Of a stretch of 64,000 nt of DNA, positions 1-12,400 are shown piece by piece (the stretch's first letter is position 1; the number at the start of each line of letters is the position of its first letter). The position numbers and the translations under genes were made by a program. The stretch comes from Scyliorhinus canicula (Eukaryota). Below the pieces are notes generated by a model that saw nothing but the letters and a program-made list of their open reading frames with translations, was not told the DNA's origin and made no database searches. Where the stretch lies: NCBI RefSeq assembly GCF_902713615.1, contig NC_052149.1:221939623-222003622 (forward strand). Reading direction: 5' to 3'.

Positions 1-1310
1 AGCCTGTGATAATTATGAAAGTGACAAAAATCCTCACAGTCTTTGTGGGAACTTTGGAGGAATGCTTCCAATCCCCATAGAAACAGCCTGAAATCTCCAT
101 GTCCAAATTTCCATTGGCTGTCACACAATGTAGCATAAAACCTTCCAAAGTGTTTTCTAATAAACAAACTCAGGGTAGTGCAAATATTTCTATAAATTAC
201 ACACACAATACTCGAACGGGATTTGAATAAGAATATGCAGTCCCCTGAATTATGATGAACCCAGTAGTATCGTTCAGTAAAATAAATGAACAGCAATATG
301 TTAAAAATGACAGGCAATCAGAAAAATACAGAGCTGGAATTAGTAAAAGTTATATGATGCAGGAAACTATATAAAATTAAGCACTTTATTACCTTAAAGA
401 GAATAATGTGTAGGATTTCGATTGCCAGAAATTTGTATTTAAAATAAATGCAAGCCAAAAGATTCAATCATGAAGCTCCAAAGGTGAATTGGCTGCTGCA
501 GTTGTATTTCCTTTAGGTTTGTACAGCCCTTAAACCCTGATGTTTCTAGCTATGGGTAATGCCACTCATGTCAAGGCAGTTACTTGGGGAAGCTCAGGGT
601 GTTGAGACTGAGGTCAGTTTACTTGGCAGAGTAGCAGAAAGAGGGAAATACATTCAGTATATGTTTTGTATCGAAGCCTTCTCCTTCAACCCCACAGCAT
701 CAGTGCTGCAATCAGCATCATCCCCATGGAATTTACTGAGCATATATGACAGGTAAGAATATTAATTGATCTGTGTTTTGATAACAGTACACAAATAAAA
801 ACTGTTTATGTTAAAGTTGTTGCGTCTCATTTTCTCAGGCACTTTAAAGGTTACACATTAAAATTCTTGAAGCTAGAAATCGAATGATGACCAGAAATGG
901 AAAAAGGGAGTAGTGTCAGAACAAATGAGCATGCTTCCAGTTTTCAATGGTGAACTTTTAACTGACTCATACAGGTATCGAAAGAAAAAAATTCCTTGGG
1001 TTTGTTGTAGACCAGAGATTTATTGCTGGGATTAGTCAACAGCTTCTTTATCATTGTATCATGCAATTAGTGGGATGGTAGAAGACAAATTAGATGGACA
1101 TTTTTCATAGTTGGAGGGACGATACAGATCATTGAATCATAGAATCCCTGCAGTGCAGAAGGAGGCCATTCGGCCCATTGTTTCTGCACCGGTTCTTGCT
1201 CCGATAGCGCACCCTATCTCGGCCCAATCCCTGCCCCTATCCGCATATCCCCACCTACCTTTGGCAGATGTTGGCATAGCCAATCCACCTAACCTGCACA
1301 TCTCTGGACT

Positions 1311-1396
1311 CAGTAAGAAGTCTTACAACACCAGGTTAAAGTCCAACAGGTTTGTTTTGAATCACTAGCTTTCGGAGCACAGCTCCTTCAGCAGGT
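1311..1396 (-). mobile_element. 86-bp Penelope terminal fragment (degenerate hammerhead) inserted in a SINE
   Basis: Near-identical to 30946-31030; flanked by an imperfect 12-bp duplication catctctggact/catctttggatt of host SINE sequence. Confidence 0.85.
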
Positions 1397-2953
1397 CATC
1401 TTTGGATTGTGGGACGAAAACAGAGCACCCGGTTTTTAAAAATTTTCCCCCATTTAGTTCTTACTATCATTCCCTAAGTTCTATAGAGGAGGATTAAAGT
1501 TTGACAGCTACTTTTCTGAAAGTTGTAGAATTCACGGAATTCACGGTGAGAAGATCGGAACAGGACAGGAAGGAGGGGGGGGGGGGGGCGTCTTCGTTAT
1601 CACTCAATTTCTTGCCGAGAATTCAGTTAACGCAGACACGGACAAATGTGCAAACTCCACAGTCACCCGGCGTCAGAATTGAACCCAGGTCCCTGGTGTG
1701 AGGTAACAATGCTAACCACTGCGCCACCCTTGATCAGCCATGATGTAACTGAATTTTGGAACAGGTTTTAGGGGATGAATGGCCCCCACTTCCATGTTCC
1801 TAATTATGTATCTCTCTATGTATTTCTGATTCTGGAGTTGATTCAATGAAGGCAATAGTTGTAATAAAAAAACTAATTGTAGTCATCCTCTGCCTTTAGA
1901 AACATACTAACCACAGTGCCTGGCACAAATCCCGCAACTGTGAGTTAGAAGGTCATGTATTCAAGCCCTACTTGAGCACATAACCTGGGCTGAGATGAGT
2001 GCAGTCGCCAAGTAGAGCTGGATTGCCACATATACCATCCTTATAATCCCACATTAACCGAGTTCTTGTGTATTGGTTCAGACGGACTTTACGGATGTCA
2101 TGGTTGAAAGAAAGGCAAAAGAGCTCGCCCAGGGCCCTGATCAACATGTCTCTGTTAAACAACACCACCAAAAAGAGATTAACTGGTCATACATCACATC
2201 TTGTAGTCTTGGTATATGCAAAATGGCTAATCCAATTACAGTCACTGGACTTCAAACTAATCTTCATGAACTTTCTGACATTGCTAAAAGAGATAAGATA
2301 AAGCATTACATAAATGCACATTTTTCTTTTAACTGCGAGCTTGGCATTGATTGTAAATTTGCATTACGGTGACACATTAAAGTTAGCTAAAACTGTTAAC
2401 CTGCTATTCTATCATAAATCCATCACCCACATACATTTAATGGCTCTCTCCCCTCCTTTAAGACGCTCCTTAAAATCTAACTCCAGAAAAAAAACAGTTC
2501 GGACCATCATTCTTATTTCCCTGTTTTACTGGTGTTCCAGTTTAAAGTATATGAGACCAGTATTCCCAGATCCCTGTTTTACGTTTTTCTTCCTAGCTTG
2601 ACCAAGCATTTTGTCACAAGCTCTGATATGTACTTTTAGTTCATTATCTGATCACACCCCGAATCACAGATTTGTTACAACGCAGACCGTTCAGGTGATC
2701 GTATCTGCTCCGAATGTGCAATGGCTTTCCTACAAATAACCTTAGGACTTTTTACAGCATTAAAGATACTGGGGTACATTTTCCAGGCCCACCTGCTGCA
2801 GGAATCGTTGTCGGAGCGACAGAAAATTTGGCGGATATTTGAAAGATCCGTTGACCTCGGGCAGGAATGTTTGGTCTCTGGGTGGGTGCATGTGGAAAAT
2901 CACCCCCTTGTATAAATGCAGGATGTTGTTGTTCGAAAAGTGACTAAACCTAC

Positions 2954-3205
2954 TGATGCACTATCAATTACGCAAAGACGAGAGTAGGATGTAATCAAGG
3001 CTTTATTACACTTGAGATGTGTGGCCCCCTAAAGCAGCTGACGAAATGGCTGCTGTACGGGGTGCACACATAATTATACTCCGCCCATTGGGCGGAGCCA
3101 GCAGGCAGGGATCTACCCCCGTACCTGTAGTATAGGGGCCCTACCATAAAGCACCTATAACAACATCCTCTATATACAATATATACATCAGTGGTGACTA
3201 CCACA
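2954..3205 (-). mobile_element. Gypsy solo LTR (252 bp) with 5-bp TSD CCTAC
   Basis: TG...CA termini; CCTAC at 2949-2953 and 3206-3210; clearly homologous to the LTR at 54680-54909. Confidence 0.92.
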
Positions 3206-3579
3206 CCTACCATGGGCGGGATCCTCCGCCGGCGGGATGCTCCATTTTGCCAGCGCCTGGGGGTTTCCCGACAGTGTGGGGCTGCCCCATAATGGGAAAC
3301 CCCATTGACCGGCAGGCATAATGGAGAATCCCACTGGCGAGTCGGGGCAGAAATGTGGCATGACAGGGCGGAGAATCCAGCCCCTTGAATCTGCATCTCT
3401 TGGCTATTACTCCTGCCATTTAATATAAATGGATATTAACTTTTTCTATATCTTTAGCAATCTTCTATACCTCAGTAAGGTTGGCTCTGAGAGAATGTGG
3501 CCCTGATATTACAAGGATGGGGAAGGAGCAGGGGTGCCTGCAGAAACATGGAAATATTGGGAAGACAGAGGGGATCAAT

Positions 3580-4445
3580 TTAATTGTGTTATTCCTTTTC
3601 CCATCAGCTAGATTGAAGGCTATGCGGCTGTCAAGTGAGAAATGGAGTATAACGTGAGCGAATGTGAAACTGCCCATTCTGGCAGAAAGAATAAAAAAGT
3701 TTATTCACAAAATGGTGAGAGATTGCAGAGCACTGAGGTGTGGAGGGTTCTGTGTGTCCTAGTGAATGATTAAAAAAGACTGGTATCCAGGTACAGCAAG
3801 TAATTAGGAAAGCTAATAGAATGTTATAATTTATTGTGAGGGGAACTGATTCCAAAAGTAGGGAGGTTGTGCTTCAGATGTACGGCGCATTGGTGGGACA
3901 ACATCTGGAGTACAATGTTGATTTCCTTATTTAAGGAAGCAGGTAAATGTGTTAGAAGCAGTTCAGAGACTGTTTAGTGGACAGGAATGGGGGGGGGGGG
4001 GTTGTCTTATGAGGAAAGGTCAGACAGTTAGGCTTGTATTCACTGGAGTTTTGAAGAGGACTTGATCAAAATCTTTACGATTCTGAGGGGTATTGACAGG
4101 GTGGATGTGGGGAGGGTGTTTCCTCCTGGGAAAATCAAGAACCAGGCGTCACTGATTAAAAATAAGGGGTCACTCATTTATGACGGAGATGACTAAAAAT
4201 CTCTTCTCCCCGAGGGTCGTGTGTCTCTAGAACTCACTCACTCAAAATGCGGGGGAATCAGAGTCTTTGAATATTTTTAAGGCGGAGCCAGATAGATTCT
4301 TGATCAACAAGGGGGTGAAAGGTTATTGGGATTAGGCAGGATTATGGAGTTGAGGTTATCATCAGAACAGCCATGATCTTATTGATTGGCGGAGCAGGCT
4401 CGAGGGGCCGAGTGGCTTACCTCTGCTCCTCATTCATATGTTCAC
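3580..4445 (+). mobile_element. CR1 LINE 3' fragment (decayed)
   Basis: Typical CR1 RT C-terminal and 3'UTR sequence (ctggagtac, ggagcaggctcgaggggccgagtggc). Confidence 0.75.
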
Positions 4446-5058
4446 ACGTAAGTTATCCATAAAGAGCTAGGAACTAATTGTATGTGAATATATATCCTGG
4501 GGTACTACATTTACTGTCGCACTGCAGTCATGTGTCGAGTAACAACGTATCAGTCTGTTCAGTATAGCACACACCTGGGAGAGCAGAAGGCAATTCTATT
4601 TAATGACGTTCCAGCTTTTGAGTTTAAAATATGATCATTTCTAAGCTACGAGATCCAGAATTGGTTGGGATATGTTTTGGTTTGTGATTAATAAAACTCC
4701 TCAGCCAGGTCAGATTCATCCTCAGCTATTCACATATTCATGAACTCCCAAAGCCCCCCCCCCCCACCCCCAGCGTCTCTCAAATACCCTCACCATTAAC
4801 ATTCTTTGAGTTTGTATGTCTTCTGATTCTCCTGCCATTTCTAGAACTTCATATTTTTTCCATCTCTCTGTCTCTTAGACTTCCAAATATAGTAATGTGT
4901 AATTCAATTAATATATAGTTTGTTCTGTTGTCCTCCTGTACAAATACAATCCTCAAAGTATATAGTTCTGTTGTGTATCCATGTAAAACAGCAATATCCA
5001 TGCACAGCTCCACCCATCCAATCGTGGCCTCACGATAGTACGATGTTCGATATAACCA

Positions 5059-5162
5059 GCTCCCTCTGCTGCGCCCTGGTTATAGCAAGCAGCTCAATTC
5101 ATGTAGCAACCTGCATGTATGTATAGCATGAAAGAACTCAGTCTATTGGCTCCCTCTGCTGT
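5059..5162 (-). promoter_or_regulatory. Two tandem CTCF-like motifs
   Basis: GCAGCAGAGGGAGC (5072-5059) and ACAGCAGAGGGAGC (5162-5149), same orientation, 90 bp apart; each matches CCASYAGRKGGCRS at 12/14. Confidence 0.5.
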
Positions 5163-5414
5163 CATCTATTTTACACAGCACTCAGTCCACGCAACTCCCT
5201 CAATGTCCTCAAAGCTAACATTGCAATCTGGCAACATGCTGCCTCCCATCTCTGTATCATGTGTAAAATACAATGATGCGTATTGAGTTCAGATTTGGCT
5301 TCATGCTCCTAAATGCATCACACTGGGAAATGTTCTTTAAGGACATTTCTGTTTCACCGGGAAGCTTATCAGGAAAGAATATTCCGATTTCTCCAGCACC
5401 TTTCACAATCTCAG

Positions 5415-5797
5415 GATATGTTTCACAGCCACCAAAAAGCTTTCTGGAGTATCGGCACAGGTGTAATGTAGGAAATGTGGCAGCCAGTTTGTGTACCGAG
5501 AGCTCCTTCTAACAGGGGTATGATTAGGACCAGATGATCTGATTTTGTGATGTGGATTGAAGGGTAAATAAGTTCCACGGTGCTGGACAAAGCTCCCCTA
5601 ATCTCCTTCAGAGCAGTGCACCATATCCACTGAGAGCAGGCATGACCTTGGTCACATCCAGTGACCATACATACACCACTCCCTCAGTAATGCACCTGAG
5701 CATTAAGCTTAGATTTTCACACTCAAGATTTCTGGAGTGGGACTTGAACCTGCAACCTTCGGACTCACAGGCAAGAGTGCTGCCAACTGAGCCACAA
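5415..5797 (-). mobile_element. Old Deu-domain-type SINE (SacSINE1/AmnSINE-like)
   Basis: GGAGTGGGACTTGAACC..CTGAGCCAC head on the minus strand; decayed relatives at ~1915-2200, 15940-16240, 26910-27170 and 41391-41590. Confidence 0.55.
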
Positions 5798-5869
5798 CCG
5801 AGCTAAATCAAACTGAAACTCAGTGCCAATCCGGCCATATTAGCCACAACCACAATCTTAAAATGTAGC

Positions 5870-5875
5870 TTTATT
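5870..5875 (-). terminator. Candidate poly(A) signal (AATAAA) of the PDGFRL-like gene
   Basis: Plus-strand tttatt about 350 nt past the stop codon in an AT-rich 3'UTR. Confidence 0.45.
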
Positions 5876-6224
5876 TAAATCTTCCCTATTTAATAAAAAG
5901 GTAAACTCAGAATTGTAGTTGAGGACACAAATCATACACTGTCTTGCCAATCACAGCTCTCTGCCCAAATAAATTGAAGCGTCTTGAACCATCACTGACC
6001 TTTGAGATTTGAACACTCAGGACATTTAACAAAAGATCTGGGCTTCTGATGCAAGAGTAAAAGTTACATTGTGAAATATAAAAGAGACTTCAAACAGAAA
6101 ATAATAAAATAGAAAGGACAAATATACAACTCTATACTTAGCACAGATTTAAGAACAATATATTTCTTTGTTTTTCAGAGTTATTATCAGTAACTTGAGG
6201 GATACATTTGGCCTTGCTCCTGTG

Positions 6225-6434
6225 CTACTTTTGGCCAGGAGTTGTACGTGGAAGAACATTCACATGAGTGGATACGGTGGTTTTCCCCTGTAGGTTCTGA
6301 GCGACACACTTATACAGTCCATCGTCAACAGGACGAGCCTCATCCACCAGGAGAACACTTCGAGACAACTGCCGCATCTGACTATCCGCGTATATAGGTT
6401 CTTGGATTTCCCTGGTATACGTCGGTCTCCCCAG
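6225..6434 (-). CDS. PDGFRL: PDGFRL-like exon 6 (end of Ig3, stop)
   Basis: Pyrimidine tract then gaccag acceptor; encodes LGRPTYTRE...DDGLYKCVAQNLQGKTTVSTHVNVLPRTTPGQK, then TAG. Confidence 0.92.
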   Translation of the reverse strand: MGRPTYTREIQEPIYADSQMRQLSRSVLLVDEARPVDDGLYKCVAQNLQGKTTVSTHVNVLPRTTPGQK

Positions 6435-9400
6435 CTGGTCACAGTGTAAGGAAATAAAGAAGAAAATAACAGTAGGCGTCAATTATGATAATTTTTTATC
6501 ACTTTGAACACAGGCGGCACAATGGTATAGTGGTTAGCACTGCATTCGCACAGCGCTATGGACCCCGGTTTGATTTCGGCCTTGGGTGACTGTGTGGAGC
6601 TTGCACATTCTCTCCGTATCTACCTGGGTTTCCTCCGGGTGCTCCAGAATACACCCACAATCCAAAGATGTGCAGGTTGGGAGCACTGGCCATGCTAAGT
6701 TGCCTCTTAGTGTCCAAAGATGTTCAAGTTAGGTAGGGATAGGGGAGAGGGAGGGGGTATTGGGCCTAGGTAGAGTGCTTTTTCGGGAGGGTCAGTTACT
6801 GACTCGATGGGCAAAAATGGCCTCCCTCTGCACTGTAGGGACTCTTGATTCTATGAATGGAGTCGCTTCAATCATTATTCATAGAACATACAGTGCAGAA
6901 GGAGGCCATTCGGCCCATCGAGTCTGCATCGACCCACTCAAGCCCTCACTTCCACCCTATCCCTGTAACCCAATAACCCCTCCTAACGTTTTTGGTCACT
7001 AAGGGCAATTTATCATGGCAATCCACCTAACCTGCATGTCTTTGGACTGTGGGAGGAAACCAGAGCACCCGGAGGAAACCCACGCAGACACGGGGAGAAC
7101 GTGCAGGCTCCACACAGACAGTGACCCAGCGGGGAATCGAACCTGGGACCCTGGCGCTGTGAAGCCACAGTGCTATCTACTTGTGCTACCGTGCTGCCCG
7201 TTGTACTTTTCATACTGTATCAATGAAAAAGTGCACTCGACAAGTATGAATAAGAAATGTGTTTGCAAAGCTACTAACCTTGAAATTTCTTCCCACAAAT
7301 ACTGCTTGTTCTCAGTCTCCCGAGACCGCAGGGACCAATGCATTTGTAGGAATGGGTATGCTGCAGCACCAATTGGTATTAATATGGAAAACTACACTTT
7401 CAGTTCTGGATACCAATCTGAAACACTTATCATTGGAAAACAGTAATCGAAGTTAATGAGTTTTCTCAGGCATAATACTTCTTGACTCTCAGAATAAGGA
7501 AAGCCAAGATTTGCAGCAAGTCAGGTAGCCAGCTGCTGGTTTGGAACCTTTTATTTGCAAATGCAAAGGAGCTAGTTGCTAGTTCAGGTGAGAGTTGTGC
7601 ATGCCTATTATTTCACGTTTATCGATATGGCACTATTGGATGTTAATAACTCTTCACCCCACCCAACATCTTCCTTGATCTCAATCCTACTGTGCCAACC
7701 ATCCCAACACCACTACCCCCCACCCCGCCCCACCAATATTTCAATCTCTTCCCCTATCCCACTGTCGACCAAGCTCTCCTGATGTCTCCACTGCATCCTC
7801 CTAACCAGTACACCTGCCCTGCTGGCCATAACCCTCACACAATCAATCTTTTCTTTTAAGCACTTAAATGAGGATTCTTTGCCAACAATACAATGCAACA
7901 AGGTTCAAACCATCCTTTCCAGCAAGCTGTCTGGGGATGCCCAAAAGGTATCCCACAGCCCCCAGATCTTATTCAAATAAGATGCCAGACTGAATATTGG
8001 TATGCCTTGGGCCTATCCAGTTGGGTGCAGTGGTCACGACCTGCCTGAAGTTTAGACCAGCTAACCAGCATGAATTTCTGTGTGGAAGGACACAGCTTAC
8101 CTGTTGGCCTGGGAACTCCCAAGTGAAGTCCACTTCTATGTCAATTTCTCCAAGAGCTGTGCATGTTACATTAAAGTTTACACCCAAAGATACTGAGCTG
8201 GATGAGGCTGTGATTGTAGCTGATGGAGGGGCAGATGGATCTGAGAGAGAAAAATGCATAGTTTACTTTCAGAGTTTACTTACTGTCTACAATTCACACG
8301 CCTGTAGGAATCAACTCTTGCTTCTGTCCACAATTAAGGTAAACCTTTGTGGATAATAGGGTAACACATACATCCTCCTCCTCCAGTTACTATGCCATAA
8401 AAGGGCAGTGGTAACAATAGACTTCCATTGGATTGGTTCGTGATTATGCTTGACAAAGTACTGCAATGGTTTGTCATTGCCTTCTGCAGCTTGGCTAATA
8501 AGGAAACACTCCCACTGTTACAACCTGCCATCAGACACATTGGAAAGACGGACAGGCTGAAGATCAACCTGTTTGACCTTGTTATCTATGCAAACAAATA
8601 TAATTGTGTGGACCTACGAACATCTTGCCAAAGTGTTTCAGTCAGATATTATTCAAATTGGCTACTGTATTTCCTACATTACAGGAGTGATAATACTCCA
8701 AAAAATAATTAATTGGCTGTATTGCACTTTGGAACATCTTCTGGTAATGAACGGTGCTACATAAATGCAAGTGTCAGACAATCACTATCTCTAACAAGAG
8801 AGAATCTAACCATCGCCCCTTGACATTCAATGGCATGACCATCCCTAAATTCCCCACGACCAACATTCTGGGGGGGTTACCATTGTCCAGAGCAGAACTG
8901 GACCAGCCATATTAGTACTGCGATTACAACAGCAGGTCAGACACTAGGAATTATGCTGTGAGTAACTCACCTCCTGACTCCCAAAAGGCCTGTCCACCAT
9001 CTACATGGCACAAGTCAGGAGTGTGATGGAATACTTTCCACTAACCTGGATGAGAGCAGCATCAACATTACTCAAGAACCTCAACACTATCCAGGGCAAA
9101 TCAGCCCGCTTGAGTGACGCCCCATTCACAAACATTCACTTCCTCCACCACCAACTCACAGAGGCAGAAATGTGTTATCATCTATAAGATACATTGTGGG
9201 AACTCAACAAGGCTCCCAAGACAGCACCGCCCAAACCCATGACCCTACCATTTAGAAGGCCAGGGGAAGCAGATACCATCTGCAATCCCCCTCCAAGTCA
9301 CACACCATCCTGACTCAGAAATACATCGCCGTTCCTTCACTGTTGCTGGGCCAAAATTTTGGAACTTCCTTGCTAACAGCATTGTGGGTGTACCTACACC

Positions 9401-12400
9401 ACATGGACTGCTTTGATTCAAGAAGACAGCTCACCACCACCTTCACAAGAGCAGTAAATGTTGGTCTAGCCAGCGATGCCCTCACCCAATGAATGAATTT
9501 TTAAAAATGTTTTTTTTTAGGTTTGCAGGGGCGGGGGGGGTGCATGTAATAATTAGGGGAGACCCATAAACACTATAGTTCTTAAACTATAGTGAAATAA
9601 TTTGTGGATGAAGGTTTCCTGATGTTGCTCAGGTATAAATATTGTCACTAATTTTAGTGTCTTTTTTAATCACTGCAGTCCATGTGGTGTAGGTACACCC
9701 ACAGTGCTGGCAGTGTCTGTTCTAATGTCTGAGTCCATGCATGTTAGATAGCATGAGATATAATTGCTTAATGAAACTGTACCATTGCATGCTTACAATA
9801 TACTCACAATTGGTAAATATGAGGAGGTATTTTGTGGAGCTCTGCCTTAATCCCTGATAACTTGCCACACAGTACACTGTGCCAGCAAAGAGTGGTAAGG
9901 CCTTGTGGATAACAAACCCCTTCTTCACATCAAATGTGATTAATTTCCCATCCACCGGAATCACCTCTGGTGGAAATTCCCGGTGCAGAGACACTTTGGC
10001 GAGAGGATTTGTCACTTGGCACGGCAACCTCGTGTGCCTGTCGGTGCGAAGCTGGACGGCTTCGTAGTAATCATTTGTCGGGACAAACAGCTCACGTGGA
10101 TCTGCGGAGAGAAATCACATTGTTGGCTTTGCACATCAAAACCACAACTCTCACAACTTTCATACTCGTTCAATGTCCAATAGAAATCAGGATTTCTCAG
10201 CATTTTTCTGATTTTAAAAGGAGGGAAACACACTGGATTTCATTGAAATCCGTCATTTTTAATTTTCAATATTTTAAACATCATATTTTAAAAAAGCTTT
10301 GCGCAGGTCAAGGAGACACAGCCTGAGAAGCTTTGCGCAGGTCAAGGAGATGCCTCCTGAGAAGCTTTGCGCAGGTCAAGGAGACACAGCCTGAGAAGCT
10401 TTGCGCAGGTCAAGGAGACACAGCCTGAGAAGCTTTGCGCAGGTCAAGGAGACGCAGCCTGAGAAGCTTTGCGCAGGTCAAGGAGACGCAGCCTGAGAAG
10501 CTTTGCGCAGGTCAAGGAGACACAGCCTGAGAAGCTTTGCGCAGGTCAAGGAGACGCAGCCTGAGAAGCTTTGCGCAGGTCAAGGAGACACAGCCTGAGA
10601 AGCTTTGCGCAGCTCAAGGAGATGCAGCCTGAGAAGCTTTGCGTAGGTCGAGGTGACACAGCCTGAGAAGCTTTGCGCAGGTCAAGGAGATGCAGCCTGA
10701 GAAGCTTTGCGCAGGTCAAGGTGACACAGCCTGAGAAGCTTTGCGCAGGTCAAGGAGATGCAGCCTGAGAAGCTTTGCGAAGGTCAAGGAGACACAGCCT
10801 GAGAAGCTTTGCGCAGGTCAAGGAGACACAGCCTGAGAAGCTTTGTGTAGGTCAAGGAGACACAGCCTGAGAAGCTTTGCGCAGGTCAAGGAGACACAGC
10901 CTGAGAAGCTTTGCGCAGGTCAAGGAGACGCAGCCTGAGAAGCTTTGCGTAGGTCAAGGAGACACAGCCTGAGAAGCTTTGCGTAGGTCAAGGAGACACA
11001 GCCTGAGAAGCTTTGCGCAGGTCAAGGAGACACAGCCTGAGAAGCTTTGCGTAGGTCAAGGAGACACAGCCTGAGAAGCTTTGCGCAGGTCAAGGAGATG
11101 CCTCCTGAGAAGCTTTGCGCAGGTCAAGGAGACACAGCCTGAGAAGCTTTGCGCAGGTCAAGGAGACACAGCCTGAGAAGCTTTGCGCAGGTCAAGGAGA
11201 CACAGCCTGAGAAGCTTTGCGCAGGTCAAGGAGACACAACCCGAGAAGCTTTGCGTAGGTCAAGGAGACACAGCCTGAGAAGCTTTGCGCAGGTCAAGGA
11301 GACACAGCCTGAGAAGCTTTGCGTAGGTCAAGGAGACACAGCCTGAGAAGCTTTGCGCAGGTCAAGGAGACGCAGCCTGAGAAGCTTTGCGCAGGTCAAG
11401 GAGACGCAGCCTGAGAAGCTTTGCGCAGGTCAAGGAGACACAGCCTGAGAAGCTTTGCGCAGGTCAAGGAGACGCAGCCTGAGAAGCTTTGCGCAGGTCA
11501 AGGAGACACAGCCTGAGAAGCTTTGCGCAGCTCAAGGAGATGCAGCCTGAGAAGCTTTGCGTAGGTCGAGGTGACACAGCCTGAGAAGCTTTGCGCAGGT
11601 CAAGGAGATGCAGCCTGAGAAGCTTTGCGAAGGTCAAGGAGACACAGCCTGAGAAGCTTTGCGCAGGTCAAGGAGACACAGCCTGAGAAGCTTTGTGTAG
11701 GTCAAGGAGACACAGCCTGAGAAGCTTTGCGCAGGTCAAGGAGACACAGCCTGAGAAGCTTTGCGCAGGTCAAGGAGACGCAGCCTGAGAAGCTTTGCGT
11801 AGGTCAAGGAGACACAGCCTGAGAAGCTTTGCGTAGGTCAAGGAGACACAGCCTGAGAAGCTTTGCGCAGGTCAAGGAGACACAGCCTGAGAAGCTTTGC
11901 GCAGGTCAAGGAGACACAGCCTGAGAAGCTTTGCGCAGGTCAAGGAGATGCCTCCTGAGAAGCTTTGCGCAGGTCAAGGAGACACAGCCTGAGAAGCTTT
12001 GCGCAGGTCAAGGAGACACAGCCTGAGAAGCTTTGCGCAGGTCAAGGAGACACAGCCTGAGAAGCTTTGCGCAGGTCAAGGAGACACAACCCGAGAAGCT
12101 TTGCGTAGGTCAAGGAGACACAGCCTGAGAAGCTTTGCGCAGGTCAAGGAGACACAGCCTGAGAAGCTTTGCGCAGGTCAAGGAGACACAGCCTGAGAAG
12201 CTTTGCGCAGGTCAAGGAGATGCCTCCTGAGAAGCTTTGCGCAGGTCAAGGAGACACAGCCTGAGAAGCTTTGCGCAGGTCAAGGAGACACAGCCTGAGA
12301 AGCTTTGCGCAGGTCAAGGAGACACAGCCTGAGAAGCTTTGCGCAGGTCAAGGAGACACAGCCTGAGAAGCTTTGCGCAGGTCAAGGAGATACAGCCTGA

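Noticed and set aside
2068-2601. Cluster of short ORFs as exons of a third gene
   Set aside because: They overlap decayed SINE/L2-like sequence; no protein motif or consistent splice pattern.
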